From NCBI GenBank assembly GCA_964016885.1, contig OZ024758.1:29574001-29638000 (forward strand): a stretch of DNA of 64,000 nt, in the 5' to 3' direction. The notes below the pieces were generated by a model. The model had not been told where the DNA came from and made no database searches. It worked only from the letters and a program-made list of their open reading frames with translations. The stretch comes from Eledone cirrhosa (taxonomy: Eukaryota). How positions within the stretch are numbered: position 1 is the stretch's first letter; each line of letters opens with the position of its first letter. Both the position numbers and the translations under genes were made by a program. This document shows, piece by piece, positions 12,184 to 24,035 of the stretch.

Positions 12184-14057
12184 CCGTGTTTTCCCCATTA
12201 TAAGCCACCCCCCGAAAATAAGCCATAGCATAAATGAACGCCAAAAGAAAGAAATGGCCAGCTATGAAAATTGGTGCAATCATCCATTATAGAACAGATT
12301 GTATCTTAATGTAAAACTAACTGATAAGCGGGTGTATAAGAAGTTTGTGGAATGCGCGGAAGTGAAAAAAAATCGATAATGAAATTAACGAAAGGAAAGG
12401 GGGAAGTGCGTGCAATCAATATTGTTTATGCAAATGCGGGTACAACCCGGAAGTAATGGCTTATCAGTAACTTCAGGAGAGAAGATCATTTTCAGCCCTA
12501 GATAAGATGAAAGGAAGGAAGAGTTATACAGTCGAGTACAAGAAAGGAATTGTGGAGGATTCACTGTGCAAGAATCTTACTATTTTCTGCAAAGAAAAGA
12601 ATCTGGATCTCCGAATGGTTCAAAGATGGAGAATGGACTACGATAAACTCAGTCAGGACATGGACGAGGGAAATGCCAAGAAACATAAGCGTGGATCTGG
12701 TTGACAAGCGATATTTCTTGAGCTGGAAGACGCCATCTGTGAATGGATTGCTGAAAGAAGAGCCAGAGCTTTGGTTGTTAACAGGGCTGATATTCAAACA
12801 TTTGCCCTTACAAATGCACTGGAGTTTGGTATAATTCCAGAAGAATTCAAAGCATCCAAACACTGGCTGGATAATTTCCTTCTGCGACACAAATTTTCTC
12901 TGAGAAGATCGACAACACTGTTCAAACTGGACGATACTGAGATTATTAAACGTGCACTCGCATTTAAGTCTTTTGTTGATGGAATAGACTTTTCTAACTA
13001 CCGTCTCTCCAACACGATTGCTATGGATGAAACAGCAGTATTCATGGGTCAAAGCTCTCAATCTACAATTGATCAAAAGGGTGCGTCGTCAATTTACATT
13101 CCATCCACTGATTACGAAAGTGCACAAGTTACGTGTATCTTGACAATTCGTCTCAGCGGAAGCAAAGCCCCACCTTTTATCACTAAAGGCAAGAAAGATA
13201 AAATTGAATGCGTTTCAGGTATCTGTGTTCTGGAAATTGAAAAGGGTGCACACAGGCAGTTTTAAGGAAGTGGGTCAATTTCATGCTGCCATTGATTTTG
13301 CATGGAACCTAAAGAGGTCTCATAGGCTGGGATTCAGCCAGCAAGCACCGCTCCAAAGATATGAAGAACTTTCTTGCAGAAAGAAGAATCGATCAAATCT
13401 TGGTTCCCACAGGAATGACCGCCTATCTCCAGACTCTTGACATCGCACTGAATAAACCATTCAAGGACCATCTGCGCATGGAAATAAATGACTACATCGA
13501 AAACAGAATGGCAAGAAATGAGCGGGGAAATTTTGTGAAGCCCAGCCTTCAAGAGATCGTGACTTGGGTGGGAAATTCATGGAACAAAATCACAGACAGC
13601 TGTGTCATGAATGCACTACGAGCAGGCTGTCTGGATAAGAACTCTCCATTCAATTCGACCTCTATCGCTTAACATGAAAGACTAGACACGAAAATTCTGC
13701 AGGCAATTGAGTCACAAGAAAATTCCACAGGAATCATTGAATCCATTGATTTGGAAAACAATGACATTCCAGAGCAGGATGACATGATTATTTTTGAATA
13801 AATTAGTGGATTATTTCGCTCATGAGTTTTTGAATTAAAGGGTGTGTTAATTTTTAATAAATTTGATCTTTCAAGTAAACGTTACGTGTAAATGCCGATT
13901 GTTCTTTTGTAATTTCCAATCATTTAGCGAATTTGTAATTTTCAGTTTCGTAGTGTCGTTTTTTCGGTATATGAACCCCTTCCCCCGAAAATAAACCATA
14001 GTGGTACATTTCGGAGTAAAAATTAATATAAGCCATGGCTTATAATCGGGGAAACAC

Positions 14058-14059
<2 letters not shown>
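12184..14059 (+). mobile_element. pogo/Tc2-type (Tc1/mariner superfamily) DNA transposon, 1876 bp
   Basis: ~24-bp TIRs CCGTGTTTTCCCCATTATAAGCCA / TGGCTTATAATCGGGGAAACACGG with TA on both sides. Confidence 0.9.
12507..13801 (+). pseudogene. pogo-family DDE transposase with CENP-B-type HTH, disrupted
   Basis: Motifs RKSYTVEYK, LEDAICEWI, FKASKHWLDNFLLRH, AMDETAV, WDSASKH, LQTLDIALNKPFK. Stops at 12702 and 13670; frameshift near 13250. Confidence 0.88.
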
Positions 14060-14090
<31 letters not shown>

Positions 14091-14095
<5 letters not shown>

Positions 14096-14610
14096 AATGA
14101 ATAGAGGTGTAACACACAAGTTATTATATATTGGTAAACGGAATAGAAAATGCTGACAAATTGTTCACAGTTGAAAAATGGTTTAATTAGGAATAAAAGA
14201 GTATTAGTGATTTTATGGGTTAGTATTCAGTTGTGGTTTTAAGTTTTTAAGTTTTTACCGGTTGCGCATTTCTAAATGCTTTTCAAAAATAATTTTGAGA
14301 TAGAGTGTCCGTGCTGTTTGCTCTGATCTGATTAGTTTTGGGAATTCTACCTGTTTTTATGTTAAAAAAATGGCTCCAGCGTTATTTTTGTGTTGCAAAA
14401 ATGCTTGTGGTCAAAACAATTTTGATTGGTCGGTAGAGGTCATGTGAATGTAAAAAGTTGATTTTGCGCCAAGACTGTTTTTATGTTAAAATGTTAGAAA
14501 AGTGGCTCCAGCAAAAATTATGGTCAAAACAATTTTGATTGGTCGGTCGAGGTCATGTGGATAAAAAATTGGTTTTGCGCCAAGATTGAGAAATGACTCT
14601 TTCACAACAA

Positions 14611-14664
<54 letters not shown>

Positions 14665-14904
14665 TAGTAGTAGTAAGGTGTTCGATGCTGCGACAATAGC
14701 CACCAGCGATGTGTGTCAAATGGCTATTAAGATAAGTGTGTGTGTGTGTGTGTGTGTGTGTATGCGTACATACACACAGCAGAGTCATTCGAAGGTCAAA
14801 AGATATTTTTCAGCTTTTGTCTTATACGGAGAAGTGCGTGTGTGTGTGTGTGTGTGTGTATAAGTCTCTTTGTATGTTGATGTACGCGTGTGTATGTGTT
14901 TGTG

Positions 14905-14935
<31 letters not shown>

Positions 14936-14972
14936 ATCTTTTGACCTTCGAATGACTCTGCTGTGTGTATGT

Positions 14973-15006
<34 letters not shown>

Positions 15007-15075
15007 ATCTTAATAGCCATTTGACACACATCGCTGGTGGCTATTGTCGCAGCATCGAACACCTTACTACTACTA

Positions 15076-15133
<58 letters not shown>

Positions 15134-15609
15134 TTGTTGTGAAAGAGTCATTTCTCAATCTTGGCGCAAAACCAATTTTTTATCCACATGACCTCTACCG
15201 ACCAATCAAAATTGTTTTGACCATAATTTTTGCTGGAGCCACTTTTCTAACATTTTAACATAAAAACAGTCTTGGCGCAAAATCAACTTTTTACATTCAC
15301 ATGACCTCTACCGACCAATCAAAATTGTTTTGACCACAAGCATTTTTGCAACACAAAAATAACGCTGGAGCCATTTTTTAAACATAAAAACAGGTAGAAT
15401 TCCCAAAACTAATCAGATCAGAGCAAACAGCACGGACACTCTATCTCAAAATTATTTTTGAAAAGCATTTAGAAATGCGCAACCGGTAAAAACTTAAAAA
15501 CTTAAAACCACATCTGAATACTAACCCATACAATCACTAATACTCTTTTATTCCTAATTAAACCATTTTTCAACTGTGAACAATTTGTCAGCATTTTCTA
15601 TTCCGTTTA

Positions 15610-15613
<4 letters not shown>
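14091..15613. repeat. ~1.5-kb long palindrome (fold-back element)
   Basis: Arms ~14131-14805 and ~14935-15613 are near-perfect reverse complements with a ~130-bp loop, a ~35-bp extra tail on the left and (TA)n flanks. Confidence 0.92.
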
Positions 15614-15641
<28 letters not shown>

Positions 15642-15922
15642 CTAGCAAAATGGCCCGGCATTGCTCGGGCTTCTAAACATAAATTGGCATGTTTATCCCT
15701 CCTTTCTGAAACAGTACTAAATACCTCGGCCTGGGGATGGTGTCTACATTTTGTGCTTAGGCAAATAATTTTCCATTAAGATTTTTCAAAAGCATGTAAT
15801 TGCGTTCCCTCTCCTTTTTGTTGTTGTTTTTGCTGCTGTTGGTGTGATAGTAGCCGTTGGTCGTACTACTAACACAGTCTCGTCCTCCTTCAGCCAATCG
15901 TGTATATCCCCTTCTGCCTCAT

Positions 15923-16297
15923 CTACCTAAACAATGATTGTAGCACCTCCTTGTACACAATGTTCCTTGTTCTTCCATGTCAGGCATATGCAAATAGATT
16001 TGTCTTGCTTCCCACTCTTGAGCAGCCAACGCATAGTTGCCCGTGTGAAAAACATGACTCTTCCAAAAGAAGACCAGCAACAGCTAGGGTCTGACCCTGG
16101 GATTTGTTGATAGACATTGCAAAGCTGACATGGTTTGGCAAATGGTTCGTTGGTTGTCTGTTTCAAGTGCTCTTCTGGTGGCAGTACGTTCAGCATCTTG
16201 CGACCGTCGAATAGCAGATTCCACTGACGGTTCGTTTGCCCGCCTTGTTCTTTTTCTTTCCACTTTCGCCAATGGAGTATCTCTTCCTTCGAGGCAT
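15923..16297 (-). pseudogene. Helitron RepHel remnant: N-terminus fused to PIF1 helicase C-terminus
   Basis: Manual translation: MPRRKRYSIG...RTRRANEPSVESAIRRSQDAERTATRRALETDNQR, then in another frame VSFAMSINKSQGQTLAVAGLLLEESCFSHGQLCVGCSRVG...TRNIVYKEVL. Confidence 0.88.
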
Positions 16298-16541
16298 GAC
16301 CTAAAAGCAGGACGAAGTACACTAAGACTAATTGGTAGAGTAAGGAGTAAACTCGTCAGTGATGCATGTAATTTCCGAACCGTTGACTATGTAATTGCTG
16401 GCCTTGTGCCAAAAGTAGGGGGACATTTTGGGTGGTATATCGGCAGTAACAATGGCGATAAGCTGTCTGTGCTTTCGTGAAATAAATAAGTTTGTTTATA
16501 TTTTGTTTTTGTGTATGCAAAAATATCTGTACACGAATATA

Positions 16542-16591
<50 letters not shown>

Positions 16592-16956
16592 TAACATATT
16601 AAAGTTTAAGCAAAGAATCGCCACTTTCACCCATAACGGGATCTTCTGAAACTAAAAAAATCAATCTGTGAACGCAGAAGTAAATATTTTGAAAAACGTT
16701 GCAGGAAGACGATACTTTGGTTCATGAAGACGTTCCCTTGCAATGAATGGAAAATAGCGAACATAATACGTCAGCAATGAGAACATTTTTGTTATAATGT
16801 CATAATGCAGACAGCCAGACATACAGAGAGATATTATAAGGGCGCGACGTTATAGCTATGTATCTATCTAAAAAGACAGACTAAGAAAGAGAGAGAGATC
16901 GATAACCGGCGCCTAACACCCCTTTTAACAGCAGAAAATTGAAAAATAAAAGCTGC

Positions 16957-17050
16957 AGTTAATATCTTTAGTTAATATCTTTAGTTAATATCTTTAGTTA
17001 ATATCTTTAGTTAATATCTTTTAGTTAATATCTTTAGTTAATATCTTTAG
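16957..17050. repeat. 13-bp tandem repeat (AGTTAATATCTTT), ~7 copies, inside the Helitron
   Basis: Direct inspection. Confidence 0.9.
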
Positions 17051-17142
17051 AATGCAAGTTTGAAGTCAATCGGAGTAGAAATGTGGATTTGTATAGACTT
17101 TTCAAAAATTAGAACGCACACACAGACAATTTCAGTTTTATA

Positions 17143-17209
<67 letters not shown>

Positions 17210-17540
17210 TTTGAGTATGTATTGGTTGTTTCCCGACACCTCAGTATGCAGGTAGGAGCACTCAACGAAGTGTGTAGGCTGGTTATATATATATATTTGT
17301 TGTATGTAGTTGGTGCTGGTTAACAGAAGCTAACAACTATTTTGAGGGACTTTTTGAGTATTTGAAGGAATTTATTTCACAGGTGTTCTTACTGTGAAAT
17401 ATTTTTGTGTATATGCTGCGTACAAAATCTACTTCTCTTTTAACCTACCTGTGCATCAGCTGAAGACATAGTTTACATAGCGAACTCCATACTCTTCTTT
17501 TCTGTATATCCATCACTATTACTGTTGTAAAGGGCAGTGA

Positions 17541-18023
17541 ATTGGCAGTATCGGTAGAGGGTCGGACGCCATGTTAGGGTGGTGGATTGGCAGTATCAGT
17601 AGAGGGTCGGACACCATGTTAGGGTGGTGGATTGGCAGTATCAGTAGAGGGTCGGACGCCATGTTAGGGTGGTGGATTGGCAGTATCGGTAGAGGGTCGG
17701 ACGCCATGTTAGGGTGGTGGATTGGCAGTATCGGTAGAGGCTCGGACGCCATGTTAGGGTGGTGGATTGGCAGTATCGGTAGAGAGTCGGACGCCATGTT
17801 AGGGTGGTGGATTGGCAGTATCGGTAGAGGGTCGGACGCCATGTTAGGGTGGTGGATTGGCAGTATCGGTAGAGAGTCTGACGCCATGTTAGGGTGGTGG
17901 ATTGGCAGAATCGGTAGAGGGTCGGACGCCATGTTAGGGTGGTGGATTGGCAGTATCGGTAGAGGGTCGGACGCCATGTTAGGGTGGTGGATTGGCAGTA
18001 TCGGTAGAGGGTCGGACGCCATG
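17541..18023 (+). repeat. 45-bp minisatellite (~11 copies) derived from a SINE 5' head
   Basis: Unit ATTGGCAGTATCGGTAGAGGGTCGGACGCCATGTTAGGGTGGTGG matches the head of the SINE at 18375-18566 (minus). Confidence 0.9.
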
Positions 18024-18170
18024 CTTTCCACAATAGTTACATCCCTTTATGGTCTGAATTCAAATCCTGTCGAGGTTAACTTTGCATTTCATCCTTACAG
18101 GGTCGATAAAATAAAGTACCAGTGATGTTCTGGGGTAATTGCTGGCCTTGTGCCGAAAGTAGAAACAACT
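17980..18170 (+). mobile_element. tRNA-derived SINE body following the amplified heads
   Basis: B-box-like GAATTCAAATCC, central TTTCATCCTT.C.GGGTCGATAAAATAAAGTACC domain, GGCCTTGTGCC tail. Confidence 0.8.
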
Positions 18171-18189
18171 ATTAATGTTGTAAAAAATA

Positions 18190-18365
18190 TTGTTTCTACT
18201 TTTGGCACAAGGCCAGCAATTACCCCAGAACATTACTGGTACTTTATTTTATCGACCCCGAAAGGATGAAAGGCAAAGTTAACCTCGGTGGGATTTGAAT
18301 TCAGAATCTAAAAGGCCATAACTCTATGCCACGAAGCATAGTGTCGGATGCTTTATTTGCTGTTG
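18190..18365 (-). mobile_element. tRNA-derived SINE, same family, inverted relative to the previous copy
   Basis: Reverse complement of the central domain and tail. Confidence 0.8.
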
Positions 18366-18374
18366 CAGATAATA

Positions 18375-18566
18375 TTTGTTTCTACTTTAGGCACAAGGCC
18401 AGCAAAAACCCAGTTCATTACTGGTACTTTATTTTATCGACCCCCGTAAGGATGAAAGGCAAAGTCAACCTCGGCGGGATTTGAACTCAGATCGTAAAGG
18501 GACGTAACTATGCTGGAAAGCATGGCATCCGACTCTCTACCGATACTGCCAATCCACCGCCTTTGC
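18375..18566 (-). mobile_element. tRNA-derived SINE, same family, with a single head
   Basis: Minus strand reads GGCGGTGGATTGGCAGTATCGGTAGAG...GAGTTCAAATCCCGCCGAGGTTGACTTTGCC. Confidence 0.82.
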
Positions 18567-19138
18567 AAATAATATTGAAATGTAAAATGGATTTTCCTTT
18601 TTTTCAAAGCATGCTACCATCTATCTTGTGTATATCTACTATATCTACTATCTTGTGTATATCTACGATATCTACTGTGATTACACCACTTGAGATTTAT
18701 TATTTATGAAAATATGAAGAGCACAGTCTCCTACAAGTTCATATTGTGTTCTATAAATACAGAAACTAAAAACTGTTTAACTACAATCAAGATGATAAAC
18801 ATATTTGTTTGCACAAACTATATTTGGGGCAATGGGGTTTATACATTAATCTATGTTATATTTATATTTATAGTAAATATTTTAGACTAGGAACAAATAT
18901 AAATATCAATATACTAAATAAACTCTAAAAATGTTAACGAGACTTATTTCATTCAGGTAAAGTCAATATTGTCAACAAGGTTTGTATTTTAAACACTGGT
19001 AGGGATGAACTCAGTTACTGTAAAACAAACAGCTCAGCCCTCTATTGTATAAGGGAGCCTTTTTGATAACCTAAAAAGAGAATCACAAACAGAGAAATAT
19101 GTAAGTATATATATATGTAAGTATATATATATATATAA

Positions 19139-19200
<62 letters not shown>

Positions 19201-19204
<4 letters not shown>

Positions 19205-19560
19205 CGTTTCTGAATTTGTTTAGCAAGATTCTTTATCTGAAATCGTGTGTTGAAACCGATATTGTTATACTTTGGGAGGGTCATGTTGCCAATAAGAAAC
19301 AAAATGGCGTAGGATAGAAGAAAGAAAAGGCACAGAAACGAAGAAAGGAATCCCCAGTCACTGAAGAGGTCACAGAGTGTGTGACGAAAGGACTATGACT
19401 ATATATATAAACAACTATCTGGTTGTGGAACCAACCAACCAACCAGAAATTTATAAGTTTGTAGATTTGTAAATTTATAAATTTATAAATATATAATAAA
19501 TTGAAGTGAAAGCAACTGGTGCGTGTGTTTCTTATTGGCAACATGACCCTCCCAAAGTAT

Positions 19561-19566
<6 letters not shown>
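19201..19566. mobile_element. Miniature fold-back copy of the same Penelope family as 7821-10356 (non-coding, retains hammerhead)
   Basis: 19201-19301 is the inverted terminus plus tail; 19295-19566 is the sense 3' repeat; they join at an AGAAACA microhomology; (TA)n flanks. Confidence 0.9.
19356..19400 (+). ncRNA. Hammerhead ribozyme (identical to 10085-10129)
   Basis: AGTCACTGAAGAGGTCACAGAGTGTGTGACGAAAGGACTATGACT. Confidence 0.8.
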
Positions 19567-19635
<69 letters not shown>

Positions 19636-20033
19636 TATATATATATAAGTATATATATATAAGTATATATATATATATATAAGTTTTTCCAAATTGAAGG
19701 ATGAGTATTTTAGACTTTATTTTATCATGAGTTAAGGCTCTATTGATTTTTCCCTGGATTTCACTAAATTCTGTGGATGAATTTATATCCTGATTCTATT
19801 TGAGATGAGTTTGAATTATTTTCCCCACATCTTACGTTAACTATTTTTCCCATTTTGTCGCTATAGTCGCATATATGTTATGGAATACTGTTAGCTTCTC
19901 GCTACAACAATTTCTATACCTTTCATTTATATAAGTATATATATATATATATATATATATAGTATTAAGGATACTATTTATGGTTATGTATACACTAAAA
20001 CTTTTTATAGTTATATATATTTTAAACCCTAAA

Positions 20034-20522
20034 CAGTGAAAGACAGTAATTTATTACTACCTTATTACCAGTAAGATAAATAGCTCAATGTAATAACATC
20101 AGTTGTTCTACAGAGCAGTTATATAGAAATTACATGAATCAAAGTTCTGTTCAAACCATTTATTAGCTTACAATTGTTTCATCCAAACCGAGGTTTAGAG
20201 TCTTCGGAGCAATTTTTCAATGATTGTTTACATACATGACCTCCTTTCCAACACAAGAGACATCCAGAAACATATGTATATATCGATATATAAAATATAT
20301 AATTTTTGAATGTAAATTGCCATGCTAAAATATTATAATGGATGTCAACCCACTGTGCATCGATATATATATATGTTTCTGGATGTCTCTTGTGTTGGAA
20401 AGGAGGTCATGTATGTAAACAATCATTGAAAAATTGCTCCGAAGACTCCAAACCTCGGTTTGGACGAAACAATTGTAAGCTAATAAATGGTTTGAACAGA
20501 ACTTTGATTCATGTGATTTCTA
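20034..20522. mobile_element. Fold-back Penelope-like terminus of a second family
   Basis: Inverted arms ~20133-20287 and ~20359-20522, with an extra tail on the left arm; each arm has a hammerhead-like motif. Confidence 0.7.
20436..20480 (+). ncRNA. Variant hammerhead-like motif (inverted copy at 20166-20210)
   Basis: GCT-CCGAAGA-c-TCCAAAC(ctcg)GTTTGGA-c-GAAA-CAATTG-TA-AGC: palindromic stem III and a U4C core change. Confidence 0.55.
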
Positions 20523-20629
20523 CAGGACTAGAACTGTTTCATTCGTGAGAAATCATCAGGAATCTGACTGTCCAAGTAAATATGGTGGTATTTATATCTT
20601 TTCTGGTGGTAGGAGAGGGTGGGGAGTGG

Positions 20630-21170
20630 GATGGGTGGAGGTCATTGGTTAAAAGAAAAGGGAATTCTTTAAAAGCTAATTCTTTAAAGCTATAATTTAT
20701 ATTTAGAGTGACATAGGCAGAAAGAATTCTATAAACAAGTTCAAATTGGAGTGCCACTCCTTATATTTAAGTTTCTCTTAAGCTAACAATGCCTATATTT
20801 CAGGTGTCTACAAGATGGTTGGAGGTCAGTCATGGTTGGTGAGTTTAATGAAAGGGGAATTCTTTAAAAGCTAATTCATTAAAGCTTTACTTAGAGTGAC
20901 ATAGGCAGAAAGAATTCTATAAACAAGTTCAAATTGGAGTGCCACTCCTTATATTTAAGTTTCTCTTAAGCTAACAATGCCTATATTTCAGGTGTCTACA
21001 AGATGGTTGGAGGTCAGTCATGGTTGGTGAGTTTAATGAAAGGGGAATTCTTTAAAAGCTAATTCATTAAAGCTTTACTTAGAGTGACAAAGGCAGAAAG
21101 AATTCTATAAACAAGTTCAAATTATAGGTGCCTCTCCTTATTTCTCTTAAGCTATATTTCAGGTGTCTAC
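20630..21170. repeat. ~188-bp tandem repeat, ~2.7 copies
   Basis: GAATTCTTTAAAAGCT at 20662, 20857 and 21045. Confidence 0.88.
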
Positions 21171-21550
21171 AGGCACATTCACACACACACACACAGATAA
21201 ATATATATATATACATACATATACATATATATATATACATATACACACATACACACACACATACATATATACACATATACATACATACATACATACATAT
21301 ATACATGTATTTAATTATGTCTCATATAAAATAATACAACTGGCTATCCGCAAAATACGTGTAGTTAGCACCCCAAACATATAATCGGGACTATACTTAG
21401 GTATATCCTAATGTTTGTTGAGTAAGACGGAAGTCAGTCGGAGTATCGCTTAAAGCTTTCTCTGTTAATGTATTAAATATATATATACATACACACATAC
21501 ACACATACATACATATACATATACATATATACATACATATACATATATGT

Positions 21551-21779
21551 GAAGGCGTGTGGCTGAGTGGTTAGAGAATTGGATTCGCAATCGTAAGGTT
21601 GTGAGTTCGATTCCTGGACCAGGCGATGCGTTATGTCCTTGAGCAAGACACTTTATTTAACGTTGCTCCTTCTACCTGGAGTTGCGACCGATAGATAGTA
21701 TTAGCAATTGGAAAGACCAATGGAAACATTGTTTCCTCGGTCCGATTTGACGAAAGTCGATCGATTAAAAAAAAAAAAA

Positions 21780-21780
<1 letters not shown>
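21551..21780 (+). mobile_element. tRNA-derived SINE with poly(A) end
   Basis: A box TGGCTGAGTGG, B box GAGTTCGATTCC, TCCTTGAGCAAGACACTT core, A-tail. Confidence 0.85.
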
Positions 21781-21845
<65 letters not shown>

Positions 21846-21850
<5 letters not shown>

Positions 21851-22095
21851 GAAAAATCAGTGATGCATCTGAACTCAATTTATTGTGTGTTATCTGCAGA
21901 TCTAGAATCAGACAGATCCACACAATGATCGCGTCTTGAGCTGTCTGTCAGGGAAACAATTGGAACACACAATAAATTGAGTTCAGATGCATCACTGATT
22001 TTTCGTTTTCTATTATATCATATTCTGCTCTGTAAGAACATAGAGTGCTCAACCGACATACAGCCTATGGAAGCATCTTAGCTACCATCAGGCAC
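21846..22095. mobile_element. Short fold-back remnant (probable Penelope terminus)
   Basis: ~45-bp inverted arms (21846-21890 / ~21964-22009), spacer ending GAAACAATTG, one-sided tail, TA-rich flanks. Confidence 0.55.
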
Positions 22096-22154
<59 letters not shown>

Positions 22155-22206
22155 CATACCTACATATATACATATACTGTAATATACACACTTATATATA
22201 TACATA

Positions 22207-22256
<50 letters not shown>

Positions 22257-22298
22257 TACATATATATATACATATACGCACACATATATATACATACA

Positions 22299-22342
<44 letters not shown>

Positions 22343-22373
22343 CATATACACACACATATATATACATACATAC

Positions 22374-22455
<82 letters not shown>

Positions 22456-22457
<2 letters not shown>

Positions 22458-23562
22458 CAAGGTTAGAATTAACAACGAATATAGTGAAGAGTTTAGCGTA
22501 AAAGTTGGCGTCCATCAGGGCTCTGTTCTCAGCCCCCTACTATTTATTATTGCCCTTCAGGCTATAACAGAGGAGTTCAAGACCGGCTGCCCATGGGAAC
22601 TCCTATACGCAGACGACCTAACACTCATAGCTGAATCAATGGCCGAGCTAGAGAAGAAATTCCAAACATGGAAGCACGGCCTAGAATCAAAAGGCCTTAA
22701 AATTAATCTGGCTAAGACCAAAGTTCTAGTTTGTAGGAAAGAAAATAAGGCGGCGGTCCCTTCCGGGAAGTGGCCATGCTCAGTGTGTAGGAAAGGCGTA
22801 AGTAGAAACTCCATTTTGTGTCAGAAATGGAAAGTATGGGTGCATAAAAGATGTAGTGGGATCACAGGTAAGCTAACTAAGAACATAGATTTCACATGTG
22901 GCCGGTGCTCTGGTGCAATAAGTAGCAGCAAGTGCCCACAAAATACTAGCTCTTTCAACTGCGCAGAGGGATCTATAGAAATAGTGGACAGCTTCCGTTA
23001 CCTGGGTGACAAAATCAGCAGTGGGGGAGGGTGCTCTGAAAGTACAGTAGCTAGAGTCAGAACTGGATGGAAAAAGTTCAGAGAGCTTATACCACTATTA
23101 GCCGCTAAAGGGTTCTCCCTAAAAACGAAAGGCAGGTTGTATGATGCCTGCATACGAACAGCAATGTTGCATGGCAGTGAGACCTGGGCATTGTGTGCAG
23201 AGGATATACGCAGACGAGAGAGGAACGAAGCTTGCATGCTTCGCTGGATGTGTAATAGTAATATACGTGAACGGCAAAGCATAAACGAACTAAAGAAAAA
23301 ATTAGAAATAAGAGGGATCAGATGTTGTTTACTCGAGAGAAGGCTACGTTGGTATGGACACGTGATGCGCATGAAAGTCGATAGCTGTATAACAAAGTGC
23401 AGGGCAATAAAGATAGACGGTAGCCACGGAATAGGCAGACCTAGAAAAACCTGGGACGAGCTGATAAACTCCGACCTCACACACTTACACCTCTCCAAGA
23501 CAATGTCACTGGACCGAGACCTTTGGCGGTACTCAGTAATAGAGAAGACCCGCCTTACCTAA
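22456..23562 (+). pseudogene. RTE reverse transcriptase C-terminal part with embedded PHD-like finger (open frame, 5'-truncated)
   Basis: Motifs [49 protein letters not shown]. The first 70 aa of the ORF-track call are microsatellite artefact. Confidence 0.9.
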
Positions 23563-23957
23563 ATACATAGTAAAACCTACTACAGTCGGTAGGCATCTCT
23601 AACAAAATACACCCCCGTCCCACCCCACCCCCACCCCATCCACACCACCCCCTTCTATGTAAAGTTATGTTGGTGCCACACCATCCAGGCCGAAACAAAT
23701 GAGATTGTGTAGGTGTCACGACAAAAAAACACACAGTCCACGCTGTAATGTGGCTGTGTAGGCAACACGGTAAAAACCTCCCAGACCCACACTGTAAATG
23801 TGGTTGGTGTTAGGAAGGGCATCCAACTGTAGAAAACCTGCCAGATAGTCCTATGCGAGCAAGACAATTACTCTTGCCTCAAGTGGGAAAACCCCCGTCC
23901 AAACCCATGCAAGCGTGGAACACGGACGTTAAACGTTGATGATGATGATGATGATGA

Positions 23958-23960
<3 letters not shown>
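22456..23960 (+). mobile_element. 5'-truncated RTE-clade LINE inserted in (TA)n
   Basis: RT C-terminal ORF, then a 3' UTR ending in (GAT)n at ~23937-23960. Confidence 0.9.

Positions 23961-24030
<70 letters not shown>

Positions 24031-24035
<5 letters not shown>

Larger units (their letters stand above)
15642..17150 (-). mobile_element. Internally deleted (non-autonomous) Helitron
   Basis: 3' end has the hairpin GCCCGAGCAATGCCGGGC followed by CTAG|T. The 5' end is of the ...TATAAAACTGAAATTGTCTGTGTGTG type. Carries RepHel remnants. Confidence 0.85.

Noticed and set aside
17445-17510. Possible minus-strand micro-exon ending CAG|GTAGGT
   Set aside because: Weak acceptor, no recognisable peptide and no supporting neighbouring exons.
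17573-17985. Interstitial telomeric array
   Set aside because: Only one TTAGGG per 45-bp unit, never in tandem.
17519-18125. Repetitive ORFs on both strands (MASDPLPILPIHHPN etc.)
   Set aside because: Artefact of a 45-bp stop-free SINE-derived minisatellite.
21551-21625. tRNA gene
   Set aside because: Has A/B boxes but continues into a SINE body and has related copies elsewhere in the window.
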